Origin: a virus
DNA length: 64,000 bases
Direction: 5' to 3' (one strand)
Virus record (IMG/VR): IMGVR_UViG_3300047373_000579
Location: 1-64,000 of that record
Every line of letters begins with the position of its first letter. Position 1 is the first letter of the stretch. This document shows, piece after piece, positions 17,687 to 26,956 of the stretch. The notes below the pieces were generated by a model. That model made no database searches. It was not told the origin of the DNA and worked only from the letters and a program-made list of their open reading frames with translations. The translations under genes were made by a program, and so were the position numbers.

Positions 17687-18748
17687 ATGAGTTTTAATTA
17701 TTCACCTAAAATAGTAACAGATGGTTTAGTGTTTTACACTGACCCATTTAACTTTAAATCTAGAGATAGGTCTGTAGGTTTAACTGGTGGTACTATTGTT
17801 GATTTAACTAGTTCTTATGGTTTCGAAGGTACTTTTACAAATGAACCTGATGTTTCTAATGATTATAAGTATATAAATTTTGATGGGACAGATGATTTCA
17901 TTTTATTCCCATCTTCTTCCGCGGAGTCAATTCAAAAACAAATGCCATTTTATAGATACAAACCAAAAACTTTTACATTTTCAGCTTGGGTTAAATCAGG
18001 AACGACAGGTGGAGGTGGTGTTATGTTTTTTGGTGGTGGTAACGATAGATTTCTAAAAATACCAGCATTGACTGCAACAACTTCTTATACTCCAGGAACT
18101 TATACAGGTGTCATTGGTGAAAATTGGAGTGGGACAACTACAGGACAAACATCTTTAAATTTACCTTCTTTTGAGGTTACTATAGATTCGGGTGGTACAA
18201 TAACAAAGGCAGTTGCAGAAACTATTAACCCTATTGGTGGTGGTTCCGCACCAGGTAATGAACTAGTCATAGTAAAATTATCAGGTAATACTATTGGTGG
18301 TTCTACACCTGCAGATGACGCATACTTATTTTGGAGAAGTGGTACATCTAGTCAAATGAGATGGGGTTTTGGGATAGGAAATAATTATGGAATGACAATT
18401 GGTGATAGTATTGATAGAGGAACTTTTACTACAGATAGAGTAAGTAACGAACCAAAAGAATGGAATTTAATTACTATCACAGATGTGGGAGAATTGGTTA
18501 CTAATAATTTAAGTTGTTATGTTAATGGTGAATTAGTTAATCAAGATACATCAACATTCCTAAATGGTTCACAAATGAATCCTGGAACTATAAACGCGGG
18601 ACAAATAAATATTGGTAAGGGTGCAGCTTCTAGTTTCGGAACATTCTTAAATGGTTCTTTAGGTCCTTGTATGATGTATGATAGAGCATTAACACCTAAT
18701 GAAGTATTACAAAATTACAACGCATTAAAAAATAGATTTGAGATATGA
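17687..18748 (+). CDS. LamG/concanavalin-A-like lectin domain virion protein
   Basis: IVTDGLV, FDGTDD, FTFSAWVK, YVNGEL, YDRALTPNEVLQNYNA. Confidence 0.8.
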   Translation: MSFNYSPKIVTDGLVFYTDPFNFKSRDRSVGLTGGTIVDLTSSYGFEGTFTNEPDVSNDYKYINFDGTDDFILFPSSSAESIQKQMPFYRYKPKTFTFSAWVKSGTTGGGGVMFFGGGNDRFLKIPALTATTSYTPGTYTGVIGENWSGTTTGQTSLNLPSFEVTIDSGGTITKAVAETINPIGGGSAPGNELVIVKLSGNTIGGSTPADDAYLFWRSGTSSQMRWGFGIGNNYGMTIGDSIDRGTFTTDRVSNEPKEWNLITITDVGELVTNNLSCYVNGELVNQDTSTFLNGSQMNPGTINAGQINIGKGAASSFGTFLNGSLGPCMMYDRALTPNEVLQNYNALKNRFEI

Positions 18749-19026
18749 GTGGAACTGTAGGGGCAAAAACACAATTTTTTAGTTATAGGGTAGATTTACC
18801 TGGTACGGCTACAACATATATTATAGAATGGCAAGATTCTGATGGTGTTAACCAAAAAATCACTTACGGTCCAAGAAAAACCCCAATTAGTTCCATTTTA
18901 AATTCCTGCGTCACATATGGTACTTTTATTATTAATGGTAGTCGAGTATTCGCAAGTGGTGAATCTTGTCCCGGTAATACCATATGTGTTGGAACCTCTT
19001 TAATAACAAATAATGGAAATTGTTAA
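18745..19026 (+). CDS. hypothetical virion-associated protein
   Basis: 93 aa with 4 Cys; ATGA coupling to upstream gene. Confidence 0.65.
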   Translation: MSGTVGAKTQFFSYRVDLPGTATTYIIEWQDSDGVNQKITYGPRKTPISSILNSCVTYGTFIINGSRVFASGESCPGNTICVGTSLITNNGNC

Positions 19027-19029
19027 ACT

Positions 19030-19290
19030 ATGTCACACACATTTGACCACAGAAATTTTATGATATTCAATGTATCCGAATTGGGTTCAGTGAATTTTAA
19101 TGAAGTATTGGAAACTTCACAAGATACGGTTAGAAAATCCGTTGATGAAACAAAAACATTTGTAAAATGGGAAGGAGAAACAACACCCACAAGTGTTGAT
19201 TCATTAACAACTAAAGAAGGTCCTTACACATACAATGAAATACTAACAATATTGTCCACATCGGAGTGGAGAAATGAGGGGGTTGTATAA
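19030..19290 (+). CDS. hypothetical phage protein
   Basis: RKSVDETKTFVKW...GPYTYNEIL; lies between LamG genes. Confidence 0.75.
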   Translation: MSHTFDHRNFMIFNVSELGSVNFNEVLETSQDTVRKSVDETKTFVKWEGETTPTSVDSLTTKEGPYTYNEILTILSTSEWRNEGVV

Positions 19291-20090
19291 TGAGTACTAC
19301 TGAATGGGCAAAATATGGTGGAATAGTAACTGAGAGTTTAGTGTTACACTATAATTCTTTAAGTAAAGAGTCTTACCCTAAAACAGGTAATGTATGGAAA
19401 GATTTAAGTGGTAATGGCTATGATGCGATAATTACAGGAGTTACTTTTAATACAACAGATAACACTTTTAATTTTAATTCTCCTGCAACCCTTAATTATG
19501 GTGCGTATATAACAGGATTAAATTATGTTACAGGACCTTCAGACCAAATAGAAAACTTAACCGTTGAATGTTGGTGTAAATCTAATAGTGCAACTGCGAC
19601 AGGTAATGATGATGACGAAAGAATAATCATATCTTTTGATAGAAGTTCTGTTTTTAGGTTTGGTATTGGAAAAGACACCAATGCTTTAGCGGAGGGTAAA
19701 CCCCATTTTGGTTTTGAAACCCTTTCTGGTACGTTAGATGTGTTAGCCTCTTCCTATGTTGGTGATTTAAGAGACGATACTTGGCATCAAGTTGTTGTCA
19801 CATTTATTGCAAACGAAACAAATGGGGTTAAATTTTATATTGATGGTTCTTTGGTTCACACCGAAGCCTCCACTTATGACCCAATAGGAGGTCAAAACGA
19901 CCCTGGAGAAACCCCTAGATATGGATGGGTTGGGACTGGTTCTGAAGCAACAACTGAAGGTGGTACTACTAATCCTGATAATACTTTTTATGGTTTTATC
20001 GGTAATTTAAAATATTATTATAAAACTTTATCTGCGGATGAGGTATTAAGAAATTATAACGCATTATCAGGTAGATATTCTACTTTATAA
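19290..20090 (+). CDS. LamG/concanavalin-A-like lectin domain virion protein
   Basis: IVTESLVLHY, WKDLSGNG, WHQVVVTF, FYIDG, LSADEVLRNYNA. Confidence 0.85.
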   Translation: MSTTEWAKYGGIVTESLVLHYNSLSKESYPKTGNVWKDLSGNGYDAIITGVTFNTTDNTFNFNSPATLNYGAYITGLNYVTGPSDQIENLTVECWCKSNSATATGNDDDERIIISFDRSSVFRFGIGKDTNALAEGKPHFGFETLSGTLDVLASSYVGDLRDDTWHQVVVTFIANETNGVKFYIDGSLVHTEASTYDPIGGQNDPGETPRYGWVGTGSEATTEGGTTNPDNTFYGFIGNLKYYYKTLSADEVLRNYNALSGRYSTL

Positions 20091-20132
20091 TATTTATTAA
20101 TAAATAACAATTTATGGAAAGGGAAATAAATT

Positions 20133-20534
20133 ATGGCAAATGAATTTGTAATTAAAAATGGATTTATCTCAAAAGGAGATGGACAAATCGAAAATAATCT
20201 AAATGTTAACGGGGAATTTGAGTCTAGTGGACTAATAAAAACAACAGCAATTAACACAGCCGCCAATCAAAATCCTGTAATAACAAATACATCAGTATTA
20301 AGAGTAAGTGGTAGTGGTGGTACAGACACACCCACAATACCTAATGGAGTATCAGGTCAAAGACTAACACTATATTGTGTTAGTTTTCCGGGTGGTAGAA
20401 TTACTTACAGTCCATTAACTGGGGCGGGTTGGTCTTCTTTCGAAATGGGTGCACTAGGTGATTCTATAGATTTAATATATGACTCACCATTTGGTTGGGT
20501 TATATTAGGTAATAGAGGTGGTTCGATAACTTAG
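20133..20534 (+). CDS. short fibre-tip-like protein
   Basis: C-terminal GQRL...SIDLIYD..GWVI similar to the end of 21824-24814. Confidence 0.7.
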   Translation: MANEFVIKNGFISKGDGQIENNLNVNGEFESSGLIKTTAINTAANQNPVITNTSVLRVSGSGGTDTPTIPNGVSGQRLTLYCVSFPGGRITYSPLTGAGWSSFEMGALGDSIDLIYDSPFGWVILGNRGGSIT

Positions 20535-20648
20535 TATTAATTATGGGGTAATAAACCCAATTTCAGTAGTAGGAGAAGTAATTAACGAAACAGATACTCC
20601 TTAAACTAAATTTAATTTAATTCTTATTTTAATTAATTACTATTGCTA

Positions 20649-20657
20649 GATATTTAT
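20649..20657 (+). promoter_or_regulatory. putative late promoter GATATTTAT
   Basis: 13 nt upstream of neck gene ATG. Confidence 0.65.
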
Positions 20658-20670
20658 CAATAAAAGCAAT

Positions 20671-21816
20671 ATGTCATTAATAATCAACGAAGCAGAAAAA
20701 GCAAAACTTTTTAGACAAGTAAAACACAGGTTGGGGGCTCCAATGAGAAAAATTGAATTGGAGGATGAAACTATGTGTACTTTACTTGAGATTTCAGTGG
20801 AAGACCACTCAGCTTACATTAATGAATGGTTAATAGAGGCACAATGGTCATCAGTTTATGGTAAAGATATTTCAGTCACAGACTTATCAAAATCTTTAAC
20901 AACAAGAGAATTAAGTTATGAAGATTCTTTTACCTACGCCTATTCTAAAATTGTCGGTTTACAAGCAAGAGGTCCTTGGGAGTTGAAACAAGATTATGTT
21001 GAAATTAAAACAGGTCAACAAGTATATGAAATACCGGCTTGTAGAGAAATAAATGAAGTTTTATGGATAACCCCACCTACAATAGATAACGCACTATTTT
21101 CTAGTTTTGGATTTGGTGACTATGGTGGTTTTGGTGGTGGTTTCGCTCAAATGCCTTTTGGTGGAGGAGGAGGAGGTGCTGGTTACGCTGGTTTCTTTTT
21201 AGCTTCATCTTACGATATATTAAGTAGAGATGCTGACTTTGACCTTAAACAAAGAATTATATCTGGTGATTTAATTTATAAAATTACGGCTGGAGCTGAT
21301 GGTAAAAAATTATTACACCTTATACCACCACCAGGTTCAAGAATATCCTTTGGTTTGCCTAGCTTAACTAATGGTATTGATGCAACAGGTAGTAAAGTTT
21401 GGTATCATTATTATGAAGCTTGTGAAGAAGATAGACAAAAATGTTTAAATGATAATAAAGATGTTATTAAACTACCTTCAGATGTTCCTGTAGATGTTGT
21501 TAATTTTGATGAGTTAAATACCGCATCAAAACAATGGGTTAGGGATTACTTTACAGCGATGTGTAAAGAAACTCTTGGTAGAGTTAGGGGTAAGTTTGGG
21601 GGTAATTTAGGTGTTACTGATGCTGAAGTTACTATGGATTATGATTCACTTTTAGGTGAAGCTAAAGAAGATAAATCAGCTTTATGGGAAAGACTTAAAG
21701 AACGTCTTGAGAGATTACAACCCGATAAAATGTTAGAAAGAAAAGCTAATGAAGCTGAAAACCTTAATAAAACATTACAGTTTAGACCACTTGGTCATAA
21801 TTGGAACGTAATATAA
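20671..21816 (+). CDS. neck (head-tail adaptor) protein, T4 gp13-like
   Basis: RLGAP..KIEL N-terminus; WVRDY..A.CKETLG.VRGKF and VTMDYDSLL near C-terminus. Confidence 0.75.
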   Translation: MSLIINEAEKAKLFRQVKHRLGAPMRKIELEDETMCTLLEISVEDHSAYINEWLIEAQWSSVYGKDISVTDLSKSLTTRELSYEDSFTYAYSKIVGLQARGPWELKQDYVEIKTGQQVYEIPACREINEVLWITPPTIDNALFSSFGFGDYGGFGGGFAQMPFGGGGGGAGYAGFFLASSYDILSRDADFDLKQRIISGDLIYKITAGADGKKLLHLIPPPGSRISFGLPSLTNGIDATGSKVWYHYYEACEEDRQKCLNDNKDVIKLPSDVPVDVVNFDELNTASKQWVRDYFTAMCKETLGRVRGKFGGNLGVTDAEVTMDYDSLLGEAKEDKSALWERLKERLERLQPDKMLERKANEAENLNKTLQFRPLGHNWNVI

Positions 21817-21823
21817 TTAAAAG

Positions 21824-24814
21824 ATGCCGTTTTTAACAAGACCTCATTTCGAGGATAGACAAATAGTACAGTATGGTGAAGATGTTATTAAACTCTCAGG
21901 TACAACCAAAATAGCGCCAACAATATTAGATTTTAGTGGTGCAACCACGGGTGAAACCACGGTAACCATAAATACATTAACAGGTTATTTAAATGACCAA
22001 AGGTTGTCTGGTTTAGTAGTAGAACCAGCACAATTAAAAATTAGTGGCTCAACAGGAACAACAACACAAAACGTAACAGGTTTTGTTTTACAATCAATAG
22101 ACCCTTATGGTTCTGTAGAATGGGCACCAATTAGTGGTGTTAGTTGGTCTGTTTCTGCTTGTACCTCACCACTTTATGTTTCTACTATTGAAGCTTGTCC
22201 TAACCCAACAGACCCAATTTATATAACAGCTGGAAATGTTCAATTTGGTGCAGCACCAAGTCTTATAGCTGATATAACAAATACTAGATTAGGTATTGGT
22301 ACGGGTTCTCCTAGTGAGAGATTACACGTTAATAGTGGTGATATTTTAGTTACAAATAACAACGGTAGTTTTTCTACTGACATTCAAAATTCTGCAGGAC
22401 CATTAACTCTTTTAAGTGGTGCTACAACTGAATTACCTAGGTTTGGTGTCAAAACCCCAACATATGACTCAGTAGTTTTTGGTATTAGGGGTGGTTCAGA
22501 ACCTAATTTTACAGGTTATGGAAAACAAGGAGACGCTTTTATTTATTCATCTAATGAAAATAATGGACTTAACATATTAAGTACTCCGGGGACAGGTACA
22601 GATGATTACATAAGATTTTATGCAGGACAAGATGCTAATGGTACAACACCTGACCTATACATACAAGGTAGTGGAACAACTAGAGGTAATATTGGTATAA
22701 ATAATGACACACCAACAGAAAAATTACATGTAGAAGGTTCAGTTAGAATTGTAGATGGGACAGAACAAAATGGTTATGTACTCACATCTGACGCTAATGG
22801 TGTTGGGAGTTGGCAAGCTTCTTCTGGGGGTGGTACATTCACAGGGAATACATCAGCCACATGTATTACCGATTTATATATAACAAACTTATATGGTTGT
22901 TCACCTGTTACAGTTCATGATACAATAACCTATGATGGTTCTATAATAGATTCTGAAGCAACCAACTCTTTTATTTTTGGTACAAACCATGTATTAACCG
23001 CAACTTCTTTAACACATGGTGTTAATGCTGATGCTAATTCAATTTTAGGTGGTTCTAATAATAGAATATTACCTTCCCAAATAGGTACATATAATACTAT
23101 TATTGGTGGTTCTAACAATACATTGGGTATTTCTAGAATACAATCTTCAGGGATTATAAGTTCAAGTGGTTCAAGAATTGAGGCTTCTAATGGCCCCAAT
23201 GTTATTTTAGGTGGTACAAATAATAGTATAAACGGTGCCAATGGTAATGTTATTCTAGGGGGGATAAATAATACAACCCAAGGTGGTGGCGCCGCATTTA
23301 ATGGTATTTTAGGTGGACAAAATAATAACCTAACTACATCTGTTTTTCATAGTAACATACTTGGGGGTCAAAATATTACAGGTTCAACTAGTAACACAGT
23401 ATACGTACCAAATCTAACAGTAAGAAATGACTATATTTTACATTCCGATTCTGTTTTGGAGGTTGAGGATTTACCGTCTACCTTCGAAGACGAACTTAAG
23501 GGTCAGGTAACTTACTTTAATTGGAGTGGTTTAACAACACATACAACATCCAATGATAACCCTGAAGGTCGTGTAGGGTTTCTTATGGGTAACTTTTCTA
23601 ATTTCCCAACCACAAAAACTTATGGTTTTCTAACCTATTATAATTCTGGACATACTAGAAATGGTGCCCCACCTGTGGGGACAGATTTTTATCGTGATAA
23701 ATTAGTATTAAAAGCAGCTGATGGAGCTAATGGTATAGTTATTAACCCACAAGCAAATAACCCTTCAGGCAATCTTTGGTTTGAAATGGATGGCACTTCA
23801 GTTATGAAACTAAAAGGTGATGGAGTTAGTAAAGCTAATCTAGGTATTGCAATGAACCCTGACGGCACTGAAGACGCGACCGCTAATTTACAAATAGGTG
23901 GTACAGGTACAACAGGTACATTTAAGTATAGAGACGGTAACCAACAATCAGGTTATGTTTTAACTTCTGATTCTGACGGTAACGCTAGTTGGGGTCCAGC
24001 GGGAGCATTTACAGGAAATACGTCAGCTACATGTATCACAGATTTATATATCACAAATCTTTACGGTTGTTCACCTATAACAGTACACGATAATATACAA
24101 TCAAGTAACTCTTCAGCCACCGGTACAACTTCATTCGCCTTCGGAGAAAATAATAAAGCTTTTGCGACCTCAACATTTGCTTTTGGTACAAATTTAACTG
24201 TAAATGGTGAACGTTCTTTTGCTGGGGGTGGTATTGATAATACTTTAGGCAGTGGTACTGATAACGCTATTATAGGTGGTGACACAAATACTATTGGTAA
24301 TGGTAACGACTCTGTTATAATTGGTGGTACTAATAATACTATTCTACCTGGTGTTCAAAGAGCTGTAATTTTAGGTGGTCAAAATATTACTGCTAGTAAA
24401 AACGATATAGTACTTATGGATAGTCTAGGTACATTCAATCCATCTACAATGGCCGGTTTAACTGTTAATGGTGGTAACCTTGTAATCGCTGATGAGATGG
24501 TATTATCTAGTGGTGTTGTTACTACAGGTAGTGTTGCCGCACCAGGTCCAACAATAACAGGTAAAACTACTTGGGTACTTAATCTAACAGGAGTTAACAC
24601 ATCAGCTTTACCAAACGCTGGTGGGGCAGGACAAAGATTAGCTGTATACATAAGAGCTGGCGGAGGTGGTGGTAATAGTATGACAATAACACCAGCAACA
24701 CTTAACGGTTATTCAACAATAACACTTACTAATAATGGTGAATCAGTAGATTTAATTTATGATTTTACTTCTGGATGGACTGTTATTGGTGGTAATGGAT
24801 ATATTTTAGCGTAA
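21824..24814 (+). CDS. long fibre-like virion protein
   Basis: 996 aa Gly/Thr/Asn-rich; ILGGxNN beta-helix repeats; duplicated GYVLTSD...FTGNTSATCITDLYITNLYGCSP block. Confidence 0.8.
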   Translation: MPFLTRPHFEDRQIVQYGEDVIKLSGTTKIAPTILDFSGATTGETTVTINTLTGYLNDQRLSGLVVEPAQLKISGSTGTTTQNVTGFVLQSIDPYGSVEWAPISGVSWSVSACTSPLYVSTIEACPNPTDPIYITAGNVQFGAAPSLIADITNTRLGIGTGSPSERLHVNSGDILVTNNNGSFSTDIQNSAGPLTLLSGATTELPRFGVKTPTYDSVVFGIRGGSEPNFTGYGKQGDAFIYSSNENNGLNILSTPGTGTDDYIRFYAGQDANGTTPDLYIQGSGTTRGNIGINNDTPTEKLHVEGSVRIVDGTEQNGYVLTSDANGVGSWQASSGGGTFTGNTSATCITDLYITNLYGCSPVTVHDTITYDGSIIDSEATNSFIFGTNHVLTATSLTHGVNADANSILGGSNNRILPSQIGTYNTIIGGSNNTLGISRIQSSGIISSSGSRIEASNGPNVILGGTNNSINGANGNVILGGINNTTQGGGAAFNGILGGQNNNLTTSVFHSNILGGQNITGSTSNTVYVPNLTVRNDYILHSDSVLEVEDLPSTFEDELKGQVTYFNWSGLTTHTTSNDNPEGRVGFLMGNFSNFPTTKTYGFLTYYNSGHTRNGAPPVGTDFYRDKLVLKAADGANGIVINPQANNPSGNLWFEMDGTSVMKLKGDGVSKANLGIAMNPDGTEDATANLQIGGTGTTGTFKYRDGNQQSGYVLTSDSDGNASWGPAGAFTGNTSATCITDLYITNLYGCSPITVHDNIQSSNSSATGTTSFAFGENNKAFATSTFAFGTNLTVNGERSFAGGGIDNTLGSGTDNAIIGGDTNTIGNGNDSVIIGGTNNTILPGVQRAVILGGQNITASKNDIVLMDSLGTFNPSTMAGLTVNGGNLVIADEMVLSSGVVTTGSVAAPGPTITGKTTWVLNLTGVNTSALPNAGGAGQRLAVYIRAGGGGGNSMTITPATLNGYSTITLTNNGESVDLIYDFTSGWTVIGGNGYILA

Positions 24815-24815
24815 A

Positions 24816-26510
24816 ATGGGAATCAATAATTACTATTTTAATAATATTGGAGCTCGTTTATGGGACGTGGACAATCAAGATTTTTGGTTATCTTCTGATA
24901 ATCAAGGACAATGTTTAGATTATGCCACAGATTGTACAGGTGACTATGATGTTGTAACAGATGGTTTGGTTATTTGGTTTGATATTAACAACACAGGTAC
25001 TACAATAGATGGTTCTTCTTTAACTTCTTTGGTTAGTTGGGAAGACTATGAAATTAGTTATACTTCGGGTTCAACATCTAACTGTGGTTGTTATTTACCC
25101 CTACAACAAAACCCTACAGGAATAACTTTTTGTGATTGGGGATTGACAGGTGTTGATAATGGTAGATTTGATATGTTATCAGGTATTACCCAAACCATAA
25201 CTTCAGCTGACACAAAAGTTATTTTATACCCTGTTACAGGTTACACTGTTAATGACGCAGTTTCTGTTGGAACAAAAGGAAAGTATGATTATCCTTGGAC
25301 CTTTAGAACAGGTACCACAACATCTGATGGTTGTTTAGTAGGTGATACTATATGCCTAAATGGCGGTTTTTATCAAGGTTATTTTAAGTTAGATTTAGAA
25401 AAACCTAATCCTATAAAATTTACTGCAAGTACTGTAACTAAATGTGGTAATGAAACTGAAACCGAATATAGTAATGTTGACCCTGATGCTTTAAAATATG
25501 ATTTGGGTCCCACTAATTTTGATTGTGGTGAAGGTAATGGTGGTTGGTCCATGGAAACTTGGATTAAATGGGATAACTCTTATTGTTATGATGCCAAAAG
25601 AAATACATTAAATGATAATTTCACAGGAAACACTGACTTCTTCTTTTATATAGGAACAAGAGCTGAGAATAAATTTAGAAATGTATTTTCAGGTGAATCA
25701 GGTTTATATACTTGTGACGGAATAATACCACTTCAACCTGATGAAGACGGACCAAGATTAACCACTGATGGTCAATCTTGGTTTTCAATAAATACCTTTA
25801 ATAGGGGCGGTTGTTGTAATCCTTGTACTGGGGATACGCCAACTATTATAACAGCGACTACTTATTGTGATGAATTATCTGAAAACGCTTTAGGGTTTAG
25901 ATTTACACCTGAAGGTAGGATTGGTTATAGAAAAATGACGGTTGACGGCCATAATTATTGGTGTGAAGAAAGTGGTTCTACAGGTGGTAGTCATTATATG
26001 ATAACAGGTACCAAAATGGAAGAAGGGTATTCTCCTGATTTTACCATTAGTGGTAATACTCAAAAGTGGTACCATGTTGTTGTTACTTATTCACAAAATA
26101 GTGTTAAAAATGGGTTACCAGCTGGAACTCTTAGATTTTGGGTCGATGGTAGAGTGGTTTATAGAGTAGAAGATTTTATTGGATTAAAATTAAGACCTTT
26201 AAATGACTATAGTTCAAAACAATTAGGTGTTCCTTATAATATTTCTTGGGGTGGTGGTTCACAAGGTTTAGTAGAATCACAAACTTTTGGTGGTCCCGAC
26301 CCTAAAGACCAAGACCTACCGATAGCAACTTATTTTACAGGTACTTTTGAGGGTGAGTTATCACAATTAAGGTTCTATGATAGAACACTTAATTTAATGG
26401 AGATAAGAAATAACTTATATGTTGACTGTGATAGGTATTGTGTTGAAGTTACTTATGGTGGTTCACAAATAACACAACCAGGTTCACCTTTTTGTGATAA
26501 CTGTAATTAA
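24816..26510 (+). CDS. Cys-rich virion protein with LamG-like elements
   Basis: VVTDGLVIWFD, WSMETWIK, WYHVVVTY, FWVDG, LRFYDRTL; 20 Cys counted. Confidence 0.7.
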   Translation: MGINNYYFNNIGARLWDVDNQDFWLSSDNQGQCLDYATDCTGDYDVVTDGLVIWFDINNTGTTIDGSSLTSLVSWEDYEISYTSGSTSNCGCYLPLQQNPTGITFCDWGLTGVDNGRFDMLSGITQTITSADTKVILYPVTGYTVNDAVSVGTKGKYDYPWTFRTGTTTSDGCLVGDTICLNGGFYQGYFKLDLEKPNPIKFTASTVTKCGNETETEYSNVDPDALKYDLGPTNFDCGEGNGGWSMETWIKWDNSYCYDAKRNTLNDNFTGNTDFFFYIGTRAENKFRNVFSGESGLYTCDGIIPLQPDEDGPRLTTDGQSWFSINTFNRGGCCNPCTGDTPTIITATTYCDELSENALGFRFTPEGRIGYRKMTVDGHNYWCEESGSTGGSHYMITGTKMEEGYSPDFTISGNTQKWYHVVVTYSQNSVKNGLPAGTLRFWVDGRVVYRVEDFIGLKLRPLNDYSSKQLGVPYNISWGGGSQGLVESQTFGGPDPKDQDLPIATYFTGTFEGELSQLRFYDRTLNLMEIRNNLYVDCDRYCVEVTYGGSQITQPGSPFCDNCN

Positions 26511-26529
26511 ATAGATATTTATAATTGAT

Positions 26530-26928
26530 ATGGCACAAAATTTTTACATAAGAAAAAACTCACAACTACCCATTCTTAAAATGAAAGTTAATAATGATGG
26601 TAGAAACGATTATAAAAAGATATTTGAAAATTTAGAAAATGCTGCTGTAACTTTCTCAATGAAAGAAATGGATTGTAGTTCTTGTAAATGGAAAGTTTTC
26701 AATAAACAAGGTTTAATTATACCCGTTGTTGATTCTGATTGTGGTTCAGAACAAGAGTATTACATTGGTTATAAATTTTCTAAAAAAGAAACTAATGAAT
26801 CTGGTATTTACAAAGGTGAGTTTAAAATAGATTTCTTAGATGATGGTTGTACTTTAATTGTACCCATTAGAGAAGATTTAATTATCCATATTTTGGATAG
26901 TCAAACAATGAGTAGAATTGTTTGTTAA
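26530..26928 (+). CDS. structural protein, BppU-N/Ig-like
   Basis: FYIRKNSQLP, VTFSM, GIYKGEFKIDF; GATATTTAT at 26514-26522. Confidence 0.6.
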   Translation: MAQNFYIRKNSQLPILKMKVNNDGRNDYKKIFENLENAAVTFSMKEMDCSSCKWKVFNKQGLIIPVVDSDCGSEQEYYIGYKFSKKETNESGIYKGEFKIDFLDDGCTLIVPIREDLIIHILDSQTMSRIVC

Positions 26929-26932
26929 AAAC

Positions 26933-26956
26933 AAAACCCCCTTTCGGGGGTGTTTT
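26933..26956. terminator. bidirectional intrinsic terminator
   Basis: AAAA-CCCCC-TTTC-GGGGG-TGTTTT between convergent genes. Confidence 0.75.
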
